DNA from: Octopus sinensis
Lineage: Eukaryota
Reading direction: 5' to 3'
DNA length: 64,000 nt
Assembly (NCBI RefSeq): GCF_006345805.1
Contig: NC_043003.1
Span: forward strand, 54,498,001-54,562,000
A program made the position numbers and the translations under genes. Under the pieces are notes generated by a model. The model had not been told where the DNA came from, ran no database searches, and was given only the letters and a program-made list of their open reading frames with translations. Numbering within the stretch: the first letter of the stretch is position 1; each line of letters starts with the position of its first letter. This document shows positions 1 to 13,477 of this stretch, in pieces.

Positions 1-86
1 CTTCGTCAGAAACATAGGAAAAGGAAAGATCCAAAGGAGGGAAGACGGAGGAAAAAAAATCGCCAACAGTACACACGCGGTCACAT
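1..86 (-). mobile_element. Penelope-like pLTR fragment cut by the window edge (same family as 15207-15420)
   Basis: cttcgtcagaaacataggaaaaggaaagatcc...acacacgcggtcacat aligns with 15339-15420; contains the CTGACGA half of the hammerhead on the minus strand. Confidence 0.7.
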
Positions 87-455
87 ATATATATATATTT
101 ATATATGTATGTATATGTGTGTGTGCACGTGTCATTGTGTCGGTGTCCACCTGTAAATTAACGGTTTAGCAAATGAGACCAACAGAAGAAAACAGGCTTA
201 AAAAGCAAACAAACAGTAACAGCAACAAAAAGAAAAACGAAAAACAAAATCTAAGTACTGCGGTCGACTCATTCGTCTGAAACCGTTCAAGACGAGGCCC
301 AAGCGTGGTCGCAGTCCAATAACTGAGAGAACTAAAAGATAAAAGACAAAAGATAAAAGATAATATTTGTCCCTCCCAGATCTCAAAGTGCGTGATCGAA
401 CCCGTCCTTCATGCAAGTGCAGCTTACCTATTATCTGTGCAGTCATATGTGCATA

Positions 456-850
456 TCTTTATATATAAAAGTGAAGTTGTGTGTCTGTCTCCTACGATTT
501 AGATTCCTAACTACTCCCACATTTTGTGGTGCAGTGTAACCAAAAGCGGGTATCTTATAGTCGTGATTCATATCGAGCCCTTCTGGGTATTAGCGCGCGT
601 CTACGATGAGTCTACGATTTAAAAAAAAAATTGCCAGCATTTTTTTCCATTTTTAATGCTTTTTTTTGCTATTATATAAGGGAAGTAACTCTCTAAAAAT
701 TTATTATTATATCTCAGAACGTAAAAAGCTACAGTAACACCCCTCTTTGTGGTTAGCCATATTGAGATGGCTATTATACTTTACATCTCTAAAAATGCTT
801 ATATAGTTATTTCCCTTACAAACTCGAGCAACGCCGGACGATACTGCTAG
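456..850 (+). mobile_element. Non-autonomous Helitron
   Basis: 5' TC (A|TCTTTATATATAAAA), 3' GC-rich subterminal segment followed by CTAG|T at 847-851, inserted between A and T, no TSD. Confidence 0.75.
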
Positions 851-1304
851 TGATATATAACATGGTCATTCACCTCGCCAACACAGTGTAGTCATCAGCT
901 AATTTGATCAACTGGACGATATTTTTGGAATTCACGTCGAAGAAGCTGAATATTCAAAAGACATACAATACCGTGAATATCCAATTCTCGAGTCAAATCT
1001 TCGTGACAAAACGTGATAACCCTGCCTGCTGAAGTACAAGTACAAACCTCTTTCCACCTCATACACACGCACACCAACAGAGACACCCACCCATGCACAG
1101 ACGCACGCACACACAAACACACACACACACACACACAAAATCACACTCGCAGAAACCCTCACGCACCCACACATAAACGCACTCGCTAATACACGTATAC
1201 ATACACATATATAATACATACAAACAGATCCATCCTCATCTGTAGTAGTACCTCACACTACGAGGACCCGCTTTACCAGATCTCAGGCTTACGTGTTTTG
1301 TCGC

Positions 1305-1410
1305 TCTGTATATAAAATCTTTGTCTGTCTGTCTGTCTGTCTATCTGTTCCCTATGTATTCTAAAATGTCTCCACCAAATCAAATTAAATTTTGCAAGGT
1401 AATACTATTA
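1305..1410 (+). mobile_element. Helitron/HINE-like 5' fragment
   Basis: TCTGTATATAAAA followed by a (GTCT)n tract, the usual start of non-autonomous Helitron/DINE-like elements. Confidence 0.4.
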
Positions 1411-1785
1411 AGCCCTGCGAGTGTCAGTATGTAATTTTATTTTCATTTGGCTTAAAATAATATAGCATTTTCTCGAAAATAATCTTTTTATATAAAGACA
1501 CACGCTTATTACACTATATGTTAATGAGTCTGAGTGTGTGTGTACTTGTATGTGAATGTGTATATGTGTGTATATATACTTATGTACACAACGGATTTTG
1601 TTGCTATTTTCGTCTAAAAACACCGGTGGTTGTGAAGGGGTGGAAAGATTAGCACAAATACAAAAACGCAACGCACACACTTACGCATGCTCGCGCACAC
1701 ACACACACACACACATTCACAAATAGATGTATGCATATGTATATGTATGCGTGTATATATGCATGTGTATATGTATACAACGGAC

Positions 1786-1935
1786 TTCCGCATAGTTTCC
1801 GTCATCCAAATTCAGTGATAATGCAGTAGTCGACCCAAAGCTATAACAGAAGACTATTGTCCAAAATACTGCCTAGTGAGACTGAACCCGAAACTGTGGT
1901 AGCAAAGTAAGCTTCCCAAACACACAGCCAAGTTA
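1786..1935 (-). mobile_element. Degenerate tRNA-derived SINE family A, head part
   Basis: Diverged match to the 3100-3257 part of the family A copy. Confidence 0.55.
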
Positions 1936-2061
1936 GCCCCGGTATGTTTCAAACTCTATTATGAGCCGGAACAAAATACTGCAAGTTATATTATCCGATG
2001 TTTTGAAGATTCGGTGAAACTACCACGCATCTTCATCCTACAAGAATGATATATATATATA

Positions 2062-2300
2062 AAGGCGGCGAGCTGGCAGACACGTTAGCACGCCGGGCGA
2101 AATGCCTAGCGGTACTTTGCCTGCCGTTACGTTCTGAGTTCAAATTCCGCCGAGGTCGACTTTGCCTTTCATCCTTTCGGGGTCGATAAAGTAAGTACCA
2201 GTTACGCACTGGGATCGATCTAATCGACTTAATCCGTTTGCCGTTTGTCTGTCCTTGTTTGTTCCCTCTAAGTTTAGCTCTCTTTGGGCAATAAAGAAAT
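2062..2300 (+). mobile_element. tRNA-derived SINE family B, monomer
   Basis: Head aaggcggcgagctggcaga...gttctgagttcaaattcc (A/B box-like), body gtcgactttgcctttcatcctttcgggg; many copies in window. Confidence 0.85.
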
Positions 2301-2858
2301 ACGAATGATATATATATATATATATATATATAAATACATATGTGTGTGTGTGTAAACAAAATTCTACATGTAAACATAAATTCTGTCACTCACTTAGATT
2401 CTTACATAGGTCCAAATGCAAGCAAAATTAACACACATAACGCTTGCCTTTATGCATCCACTGTCGTTACAATATACGTACGTTTTTATCTTTTCTTCTC
2501 TATCAACACAAGTATCATAGAAGCTATCTAACTTCAATAATCATTTTTTATTTTTTTATTTTAAATTTAAATTTTTCATCTATAACCATGTTAATTTTTA
2601 ATTTTAATTTGTAATTCTTTAGTTTTATCCTTATCTATTTAATTTTATTTTTATTCTGTATATACTCCCTTAAGCTAGGCTTCTATTTTTAGCTATCCCT
2701 ACTGACCACTGAACTAAATTTTCTTTTTGACCACACCGAACCTAGAATTCATTTATTTAATTAATAGACATAAACACCTTCCCCTTCCACTTTAACAAAA
2801 CCTTAGGGCCTGACTTTTCATCCCGAACCGACTCTTACGAAGAATAAAACTGGGATTT

Positions 2859-3257
2859 TTACTCTTTTACTTGTTTCGGTCACTTGACTGCGGCCATGCT
2901 GGAGCACCGCCTGTAGTCGAGCAAATTGACCACAGAGTTTATTCTTTGTAAGCCTAGTACTTATTCTATCGGAATCTTTCGCCGAACCGCTAGGTTACGG
3001 GGACGTAAAGACACCAGCATCGGTTGTCAAGCGATATTGAGGGGAAAACATACACAAACATACACATACATACATGTACATATATACATATATACGACGG
3101 GCTTCTTTCAGTTTCTGTCTACCAAATCCATTCATAAGGCTTTGGTCGGCCCGAAGCTATAGTAGAAGACACTTGCCAAAGGTGTCACACAGTGGGATTG
3201 AACCCGGGACCATTTGGTTCGTAAGCAAGTTACTTACCACGCAGCCACTCCTGCGCC
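2859..3257 (-). mobile_element. tRNA-derived SINE family A, full length
   Basis: Minus-strand head aggcgcaggagtggctgcgtggtaag with B-box-like ggttcaatccc, internal CA/TA tract, tail actgaaacaagtaaaagag-like; repeated at 15475, 24008, 28735. Confidence 0.85.
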
Positions 3258-3716
3258 TTCTCTATCTTTATTTTTTAATTTTTGACTTTATTTTACTTTC
3301 GTTCCCATTCATTCTTTCATACCTGTTCCATTCTTTTCTTTTCCCTTTTTCCTTTCCCCCCTCTCTCTTCTATTTACTCACTCACACCCCATATCAGTCT
3401 ATCATAATGTCTGTCTTTCTCACTCTATATACCCAGGTGGACCATTTTCATACTAGCTAACCACTTACTTCTATCACTTAATTCTATTCCTTCAACATGA
3501 ATGCAATATCCAAAATACTGCCAGGATTTACCTGTGATTATACCTTCAGGGATGTACAGACCAAACTCCATACCCTCTGGGAAAAGATGACTTCTGAATT
3601 TTATTCTCTTGTCTGTATTTTCTATCTGCTGTTTTACTTTTCATTCTTCTATCTACTATTTTATTCCTTATAAACTGTGAACTTCCCTGTTTAGATCTTT
3701 CATACAAACTCACCTT

Positions 3717-3792
3717 GTCTCTGATGACGGAATACCCAGTGTACGGGTAAGCTAACCTATCACTTCGGATATCCTAGAAACACCTGTAAGAT
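3717..3792 (+). ncRNA. Degenerate type I hammerhead ribozyme in a probable PLE pLTR
   Basis: GTCT-CTGATGA-long imperfect stem II (AGTG/CACT core)-GAAAC-ACCT-GTA-AGAT; stem I GTCT/AGAT. Confidence 0.6.
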
Positions 3793-3999
3793 TTTCAAAT
3801 TCACCTTACCCTAATTAGATTATTATAAATGACTTGAGATACCTGTCCTGCCTTGGTTTTTGTTGCCGTTTTTCCTCTAATATAATATGTACGTGCTAAC
3901 TCGGAAGCCTGATACGGATCCCTAGCTCCAGCCTCAGCTATGAACTTGGAACCTAACTGGTGACCAATTATAGCACTTACTCAGCGTACCTATTCGTTT

Positions 4000-4273
4000 A
4001 GAACACCAGTGAACTAGGTTGTTTATGGAAGACCAGCAGTCGCCCATGCATACGGGTCTCTCCTCTCAACGCCACCGATGTTATCCAAGGGAGAGGCAAA
4101 GGCCGATACACCTTGGCACCAGTGACGTCGCAACTTATTTCTACAGCTGAGTCAACTGGAGCAACGTGAAATAAAGGGTCTTGCCTAAGAACACAACACA
4201 CAGCTCGGTCCCGGAATCGACCTCACTCATGACTGTGAGCCCGACACTCTAACCACTGAGTCACGCACCTTTA
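4000..4273 (-). mobile_element. tRNA-derived SINE family D, partial
   Basis: Matches 40772-41113; tRNA-like head at the right end. Confidence 0.8.
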
Positions 4274-4303
4274 CTCTCTCTCTCTCTCCCTCTCTGTCTT
4301 TCC

Positions 4304-4337
<34 letters not shown>

Positions 4338-4852
4338 ATACATACATACATACATACATACATACATACATACATACATACATACACACACACGTATGTG
4401 TATATATATATATATATATACGTTGTAATAATTTAGGGTTAATAGAAAACTGGTGTAAATATAAATATAGGACCAGGAAAAGATATCCTTTGGATATAAA
4501 TACTCCATGAGCAGTAAGAACGCCGAAAGACGTCACTATCAAATAAAGGCAGTTATTATATTGATTCCATCTAGATATCTCTTGCAAAATTGTAATAAAG
4601 AAAGAGCAAAATATATTTATTGCTCAACCCGCTGTTCACATGCAGCAATAGAGTGAAGCCGCAGCTTCGAATAAATGAATAAATGAATAAACTCCACCAA
4701 AAATCTATTGAGTATTTTTCCTGTCTTTTGTAGTTGGACACTTCATGTATATCTATGTTTGAGTGGGTGATTGAGTGTATGTGTGTGTGTGTGAGTGTGT
4801 ATGTGTATATATATATATATATATATATGCATATATATATATATCTATATCT

Positions 4853-4888
<36 letters not shown>

Positions 4889-6619
4889 GTATATACACTG
4901 ACATATACATATGTATGCATATGCATAAACACAAATATATGAACAGTTTTGGTTCTTAATTGACAAGCAATGGTGTTATACTTTATCGAGTCTCGTTAAC
5001 GCGTCCTACCACGTTTTTGGCGACGATATTAGTGTTAACGTAACCTGTGAATGTGAATTTTGTCTGTATTCCACACATTACCGAAGCTTTCCAAGGAGAT
5101 GGATGCTGCAGAACTCTGCGCACATTTCCATAATAATCGCTTTCGTCGGTTCTGCGATATGGGTTCCATGTCGTGTTGCGTAGGTGTGTCGCATTATCAG
5201 TAATTTCACCATGCGATTGCATTCTTTTCTCTTGCCACTTGCACTCGACGTTTCTGTATTCACCACCCGTTATTCAGCATCCTCTCACGTTTTCCCCACT
5301 GGAGTAGAGGAAGAGAACGCGTAACTCTTCACTGAGTGTTCAAGGTGACTAGCATTTACATGGTGAAAGAGTAGTTAAATATTTGGCTGAAACGTTAGTC
5401 ATAATTACTGATATTGTAAATTTTCACTCACATTATTAGCAGTTTAACAGTTAAGATTGGATTGAATGCGATTGCCGATGTTCAGTCCACCGCAAGATGA
5501 AGGCCTAGCATGTTCTCTCCATCAACCACAGTCTGATTGGTAGCTGTGAATTTGAGCTTGAGATCATACTGGTTTGAGGAACCTATTCTGCTAAACCGGC
5601 TCGGGAGGAGTAGTTAAGTCGATTAAAATACTTAGACGAAACTAATAAAATAATGAAAGTTATATGAAGTAATGTTTTACCTTTAAACAAACTCTACGTG
5701 AGCAATTAAATAATCAATAGTTTACATAAGATTTCAGTGACAGTATTTTCAAGCAATTTTCTCCAAATATTTAATTCCTACATAACTTCGTCAATTAGAT
5801 CCTCTTATCAGCTAAGTAAAAAAGCGGTAATGCCAGTAATAAATGGTTTCAGATAATATTCTTCTTATAAATATGTTGCTGACGGGTCAGACGTTCCCTT
5901 CAAGTCTTTCTTGAAAGACAGAATAGATTCTATATGGAAAAAAGAACATAAGCATATTTTCCCCAGAGAAAGACAATTCTAAAGAATGGAGAGAAGTATT
6001 GTGCTACAACTTTTTTTATTGATGCTGAAATGAAAATAGGCAAAATCCAAGTCACTGGATTTTGAGCTCAGGGTGCAGAGAACTAGAAAAAAGCATTCTC
6101 TTCCTATACTCAAAGACTTTGCCAACTCACTGCCATTACATAACTATCTATGTATAGGCATGCTCAAACAGGTGCATAAATATTTACATGTTATGCATAT
6201 ATGCACAGGTAAGTCCGTAAATGCGAAACAAGGTGGAAACAATAGTACACAAATATCAAAGTTAAAGTGATATACTGTTTTATTAAAGCAGGAAAAATCT
6301 TCACAAACTGTTAATCAGAGCTTAACGTGAACATTCACCTATTATCACAACTTAATGATGAACGGTCACGTGAAACTGTTATGTACACACACACAGACAC
6401 ACACACACACGCACACACACATACGCACGCTCACATACTCGCACGCGCACGCACAAACAACACAGACACACACATATACATATGTGTTGTATCTTGTATC
6501 TTGGAAGGCTCAACTCACGAATCCACATCAAGAATCTTTCAAATCAAAGGCAAAAGCGAAGATTGTTTTTATGCTCAATTATAATAATGCTTTCTACTAT
6601 AGGCACACAACATAGATAT

Positions 6620-7168
6620 TGTGGAGAGGGGGACAATAGATCACATGGTTCCCAGTACTAAATTAGTACTTAATTTATTGACCCCGAAAGGATGAAAGGC
6701 AAAGTTGAACTCAGAATTTGAATTCAGAACGTAGCGACAGGCAAAATACATATTTCTTTACTACCCACAAGGGGCTAAATGCGGAGAGGACAAACAAGGA
6801 CAGAAAAACGGATTAAGTCGATTATATCGACCCCAGTGCGTAAATGGTACTTATTTAAACGACCCTGAAAGGATGAAAGACAAAGTCGACCTCGGCGAAA
6901 TGTGAACCGAGAACGTAACGGCAGGCGAAATACCTGTTTCTTTATTACCCACAAGAGGTTAAGCAAAGAGGGGACAAACAAGGACAGAGAAACGGATTAA
7001 GTCGATTAAATCGACACCAGTGCGTAACTGGTACTTAATTTACCGACCCCGAAAGTATGAAAGGCAAAGTCGATCTCGGCGGAATTTGATCTCAGAACCG
7101 AGTGGCAGACGAAATACTGCTAAGCATTTTGCCCGGCGTGCTGACGATTCTGGCAGCTCACTGCCTTA
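6620..7168 (-). mobile_element. SINE family B, one head plus three tandem body units
   Basis: Head at about 7110-7168 followed by about 180-bp units repeated three times. Confidence 0.8.
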
Positions 7169-7354
7169 TGCTCAATCATAATAACAATAAAAACAAACCC
7201 ACCAGTTTTACATTCATCTGAAGAGTTACTCCATTCTTTTGTAAAGAGTGAATGAATATATTATTTTATAACAAGAATAATATTGACAGTGACTTCGAAG
7301 TTTCAGCCCGATAAGCGATCATCGGATATCCAAACATATATATGTGCGTGTGTG

Positions 7355-7700
7355 GAGGCGCAAAGGCCCAGTGGTTAGGGCAGCGGACTCGCGGTCGTAG
7401 GATCGCGGTTTCGAATCCCAGACCGGGCGTTGTGAATGTGACAAGGGGTGTTGGTGAAACCTGCTGTCCACTTTCACCACAACTTTCTCTCACTCTTCCT
7501 GTTTCCCGTTGTACGTGTATTTCAAAGGAACCACCATTATCACATTCTGTGTCTCGCTGAATCTACCCGAGAACAGCGTTAAGGGTACGCGTGTCTGGGG
7601 AGTGCTCAGCCACTTGCACGTTAATTTCATGAGCAGGCTGTTCCGTTGATTGGATCAAGTGGAAACTTCGTCGTCGTAACCAACGGAGTTCCACGTTGTG
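7355..7700 (+). mobile_element. tRNA-derived SINE family C, tail type 1
   Basis: ggaggcgcaaaggcccagtggttagggcagcggactcgcggtcg...ggtttcgaatccc head (A/B boxes); also at 16698, 21105, 22925, 29673, 31177. Confidence 0.85.
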
Positions 7701-8117
7701 TGTGCATTTTTGAGTGCTTATATATGCGCACCTATAAAAGTGTATCTGATTCTTTATGCAATGGTAGTACGTTGTTTTCAATTTATATAACGCTTGGCAT
7801 GGCTTTCATGATTTCTTTAATGAATTCAATCGTCTAGTATTATTTTTTTATTGTCATTTTTATTGTTGGCCTTTCCAATTTCATCGCCATCCTCAACACC
7901 ATAATATTTATCCTTTTATCATAACTTCTAGCGATATTTTGCCATTTCTCTGGTGGAGTTTATTGTCTTACAAACAAAGAAATGGATTGCAGTAAATTGC
8001 TTTATGAAGGAATGGCACAAATATTGCACTTTCCACTTATGTCCTGTTATGTATCAATGTTTGATTCACCACTGGTTCGATTGGGAGTATTTGACACATA
8101 GACAACCGCTATCTATT

Positions 8118-8153
<36 letters not shown>

Positions 8154-8225
8154 TACACAAATGCACTCAAAGAGATTAATGTTTGTTTTTATGTTCTGCT
8201 ATATATACATGTATGTATTTGTATG

Positions 8226-8280
<55 letters not shown>

Positions 8281-8291
<11 letters not shown>

Positions 8292-8982
8292 TATATATAT
8301 ATATATATAAACAATGCAACTTTTGACAGAAGCGTTGTTCAATACTTCCAAGTAAAGATTAACTATTACATAAAAAAGATTGACAGTGACTTCTTTTAGT
8401 CATCATCCTTTAAAATTTAAGAAAATCTTGCTAATCTTTATAGTCCCTAATCTTTATAGTATTACGTGTAAGTTATGAATAGATTGCTTATGTTAAAGTT
8501 TATTTAAAAAATTACGAGACACTCACTCTAAAAACCACAACAGCAAATTCACGTCTTGAATTTCATTTCAAATGCTTTAAACACCATACACTCGATGACA
8601 GTTGAATAGTTTTCTTCATGAAGAAGGGGTATGTTGTCATAATCGTTGTTGCGCATGGCAAAATGCTAAGTGGCAATTCTTCCTTCTTTATGTTCTGGGT
8701 TCAAATTCTACAGTCAACGTCAATTTTTGCTTTCATCCTTTCGAGGTCGAAACAATAAGTACCAGTTCAGTGCTGGGGTCGATGTAATCGACTGAACTCC
8801 TGGGCCGAACTTGCTGGCCTTGTGCTAAAATTTTAATCCACTATCATTCTTCATAAAACTGTGCTGAATTTTTAAGCAATATTTTTTAAAGTCAAAGTTT
8901 GCATGTGAGCGTTTTGCAGACACATATACATGCACATGTATATTCGCAAATGTATACACATATTTATGCATGCATAGATGTA

Positions 8983-9042
<60 letters not shown>

Positions 9043-9044
9043 CT

Positions 9045-9088
<44 letters not shown>

Positions 9089-9785
9089 TATATATATATA
9101 TATATAAACAATGCAACTTTTGACAGAAGCGTTGTTCAATACTTCCAAGTAAAGATTAACTATTACATAAAAAAGATTGACAGTGACTTCTTTTAGTCAT
9201 CATCCTTTAAAATTTAAGAAAATCTTGCTAATCTTTATAGTCCCTAATCTTTATAGTATTACGTGTAAGTTATGAATAGATTGCTTATGTTAAAGTTTAT
9301 TTAAAAAATTACGAGACACTCACTCTAAAAACCACAACAGCAAATTCACGTCTTGAATTTCATTTCAAATGCTTTAAACACCATACACTCGATGACAGTT
9401 GAATAGTTTTCTTCATGAAGAAGGGGTATGTTGTCATAATCGTTGTTGCGCATGGCAAAATGCTAAGTGGCATTCTTCCTTCTTTATGTTCTGGGTTCAA
9501 ATTCTACAGTCAACGTCAATTTTTGCTTTCATCCTTTCGAGGTCGAAACAATAAGTACCAGTTCAGTGCTGGGTTCGATGTAATCGACTGATCTCCTGGG
9601 CTGAACTTGCTGGCCTTGTGCTAAAATTTTAATCCACTATCATTCTTCATAAAACTGTGCTGAATTTTTAAGCAATACTTTTTAAAGTCAAAGTTTGCAT
9701 GTGAGCGTTTTGCAGACACATATACATGCACATGTATATTCGCAAATGTATACACATATTTATGCATGCATAGATATATGCATAT
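8281..9785. repeat. Tandem duplication, period about 800 bp, near-identical copies
   Basis: 8281-8990 vs 9078-9785 differ at about six positions that I could see; junctions lie in (TA)n tracts; each copy holds a SINE B remnant. Confidence 0.95.
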
Positions 9786-9792
9786 ATATATA

Positions 9793-9870
<78 letters not shown>

Positions 9871-10540
9871 TATATACACACGTTTGTATATTCGTTTTGC
9901 AAGATTGTTGATGTGAATTCGTGTGTTGCACCAGACATTTTTTTTATTTTGGGGATGGCCATGGTGCCAATTGAGCCAATGATACAGAAATTCAAAGAAG
10001 AAATATGCATTTAATTAAACATTAATGTACAAATATACACGTTAGTTTATACATTTGGAATACCTGTATAGACCAAATCGCATACATATAACAGTGTGCT
10101 TAATAGAGATGAGCAGGGTCTGTTTCATTAAAAAATGAAAATATAGTCTGCCGAGCAACAATGTGTATATATTTATATGTGTATGTATGTGTGTATGCAT
10201 CTTTATATATATATATATAATATAATATATATATATATATTATATATATATATATATATATTATTATTATTATTATATTATTATTATTATTATTACAAAT
10301 TTGAGATTTTAACAATAAGACCACAACTTCCGTTTCAGGACACCCTTATTTACTGGATTACACATAGAAAATTATATCCAAAATACTTATCTAATAATAT
10401 AAGCATTTGAAAGAGTACTATAATATACAATAAGAATAAAGTACATTAGAATTAATTATAAATTATTTTAACAAGTTTTTAAAAATATATATAACTTACC
10501 TGTTATTAGTCCGTTGGGAAGGAAGATAATATTAATCAAC

Positions 10541-10620
10541 GCTATACGTGTTTCAGCGCTGGTGGTTTGTTATACCAGGCTATGCCTAATGCATAAATCC
10601 ACCAGTACATCCTCAGGCTA
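10541..10620 (-). ncRNA. Candidate decayed hammerhead with long stem II
   Basis: Minus strand CTGAGGA...CTGGTGG/CCACCAG stem...GAAACACGTA; stem I not convincingly paired. Confidence 0.35.
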
Positions 10621-10783
10621 TTTTCGTCCTTTTATTATTATTATCAAGGGATCCAACTTAATCTTACAAATTCTAAGATATCTTCATTAAAATAAGAATA
10701 AAAATAAATAAATAAGTATATATATATATAAGTATATATATATTATATATATATATATATATATCTATATATATATATATAAG

Positions 10784-10892
<109 letters not shown>

Positions 10893-11628
10893 GTGTGTAT
10901 AACTTCCTAATGTATTTTCCCAAAATTAAAAGATTTTAAAATTTAAAATATAAATTTTTTTTAAATTCAGAAAATTTTAGTAAAATAGAATTAAACACCT
11001 AAAAATACAATAGCGATATATATATATATTATATATATATATTTAGAAAGTGCTACACATAAAGAAACCCTCATCGACTATTTCATAAATGCGTCAAATT
11101 AAACCATCTATCTATATAAACTTTACGGGGATTAATAATCTATTATGAAATTTACCCCTATCAATAATAGTATATATTACCACTATTATGACAAACGTAA
11201 GATAATATTTAAACAGAAAAAATCTTCTATATATGTTATAAATCTATTGAATAAAACTAGTAAATGAAACTATTTACCACAATTAACAAAGGAAGAATAC
11301 TGATCTGCATGTTTACTCCTTCTTTAGCCTGTTCAAATGGCTGCGCGAAGTATTATGAGAGAAAATTTACTACTCAATAAACATTCTTTAAGACTAATAT
11401 CATTTGAGAGGTTGAATACAAGGGGAGATAATAAGATACTCTTATCTATAGGTATAATTGATTTTTTTTTCAGTGTTAAAGATTTAGAGATTTATTTTAT
11501 TTAATATGTGGCCTGTCTAATCCTTTTTAAGATAATATTCTTTACGTTTTTTCCTCGGTTTTAGATATAGTTCTATCAAAAACTATATTAACTATCTCCC
11601 TCGTTAATTACATACTGGGGGTATCTTT

Positions 11629-12190
11629 TCATATAGTTTTCATTTTGTTATACATAAAGCTATTTTTGTGTCGGCATTTTAATTTCCCTCTCATCAGCAC
11701 TGTTCAGTAATACTTTTTTTCGACTGGAGTATTTTCATAAACTCAGTAGTGCATAACAAGCACATTTTCTTACCTATTCTATATAACTTCGCTCTACTAA
11801 TGATATTCCAATTCAGGTGTATTCTATTTTTTCAGATTTCAATTCCCATATATATTTACTTAGACCTGTCGAATTACTCAATTCGGGATTTTTAAAGGAT
11901 TGATAGTGCTGGGAAATTCTTCTTTTATTTTCATGCGCTGTGGATCCTATATACTCCTTTTTCTTCTTCTTCTTATTAGAGGTTACAGTACATTTATAAA
12001 TTACATTATCTAGGTTGCAACTATTATTAAACAACAGTTTGATTTATCTTTACATGTGCATTTATTTAGTATAAGGTTATGTTTTTTCGTTTTTGTTATA
12101 TTTCTTCCGTAGCTCTTATTAATATTAGTTAAATTGTTATTATAGAATTTACTCAATTTGATGTTGTTTATAGAGTATATACTATTACCA
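11629..12190 (-). pseudogene. Penelope-like element GIY-YIG endonuclease remnant (frameshifted)
   Basis: KCTCKDKSNC/NNSCNLDNVIYKCTV...EYIGST...RRISQHYQSF...STGLSKYIWELK...WNIISRAKLYRIGKKMCLLC...KCRHKNSF across three or more frames. Confidence 0.85.
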
Positions 12191-12199
12191 ACTTTTAAA

Positions 12200-12207
12200 T
12201 ATATATG

Positions 12208-12245
<38 letters not shown>

Positions 12246-13096
12246 TACATACATATATACATATATATAGATACACACACATATATATATATATATACAT
12301 ATAAATACATATATATTTATATATATACAAACATTCTTACATACATATACATATATATGAATATAAATAATATGTATAATCAATGCTTATAGATAATTTT
12401 TAAATATACATGTACGTTTATATAATACATGCGTGTGTATGTACGCTTATATATGTGTGTGTTTGTGAGTACGTGTATATTTATACACACACATACACAC
12501 ACACACACACATATATATATACACCTACATAATTGCGACATAAATGTCATGTATATTTTAAAATACTTCATATGTATTATATATGTGTGTGTGTGTGTGT
12601 GTTGTGTTGAGTGTGTGTGTAAGTATCTTGATGCAGACGAATAACTCCAAATGTAGACATAATACGCATCTGCGCTACACGAGCACAAACATTATATACA
12701 TACATGCCAACCGAAATTGTCCATCTGTTCTTATTCTACATGTGTATCGTACATATGAGTGTAAATAGATGCAATAATTAATTTTGAAGTAAAAACATAT
12801 TCAAACTTTCTAGTAACAAGGTACAGAAATATTTTCCTGCAATGCTTTTCTGTTTTATTTCTTTGTGCAAAATGCCTTGGGCGTGTTTTCTGTAAGCCAT
12901 CTATTTACAGGTTGTACGCAAGCGCGCGAACACACACACTTACACACTCACACATACGCACGCACACACATATGTATATATGTCTAATTGTATGTATATA
13001 TGTATACGCACACATATATTCATACATGTACATAGATATTTCTATATAACAGTACGTTTCTTTGCATGTATATGTATACATACATACATTCATACA

Positions 13097-13132
<36 letters not shown>

Positions 13133-13443
13133 TACATATGTATGTATGTATATATACATACATTCATACACACACACATATATTTGTATATATATATATA
13201 AAGTATACACATGTATATATATACATATATTCATATTTATACATATATATGTGTGTATATATATGTATATATATATATAAATACACACACACACGTATAT
13301 ATATATACATTTGTAAATATATATATGTGTATATATATATGCATATATGTACATATGCATGTATGTCCATGTTTAATAACAATACATGAACATAGATTCA
13401 GATGTATATACATGGATACATACATAAAAGTAGAGAAATAACA

Positions 13444-13460
<17 letters not shown>
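12200..13460. repeat. Compound (TA)n/(CA)n/(TACA)n microsatellite field
   Basis: Direct reading; explains the YI/HT/CV-rich ORFs. Confidence 0.95.

Positions 13461-13477
<17 letters not shown>

Noticed and set aside
7285-7332. Minus-strand CCGATGA...GCTGAAAC, possible very old hammerhead
   Set aside because: Core mutated and no stems I or III can be drawn; not supportable without a consensus.
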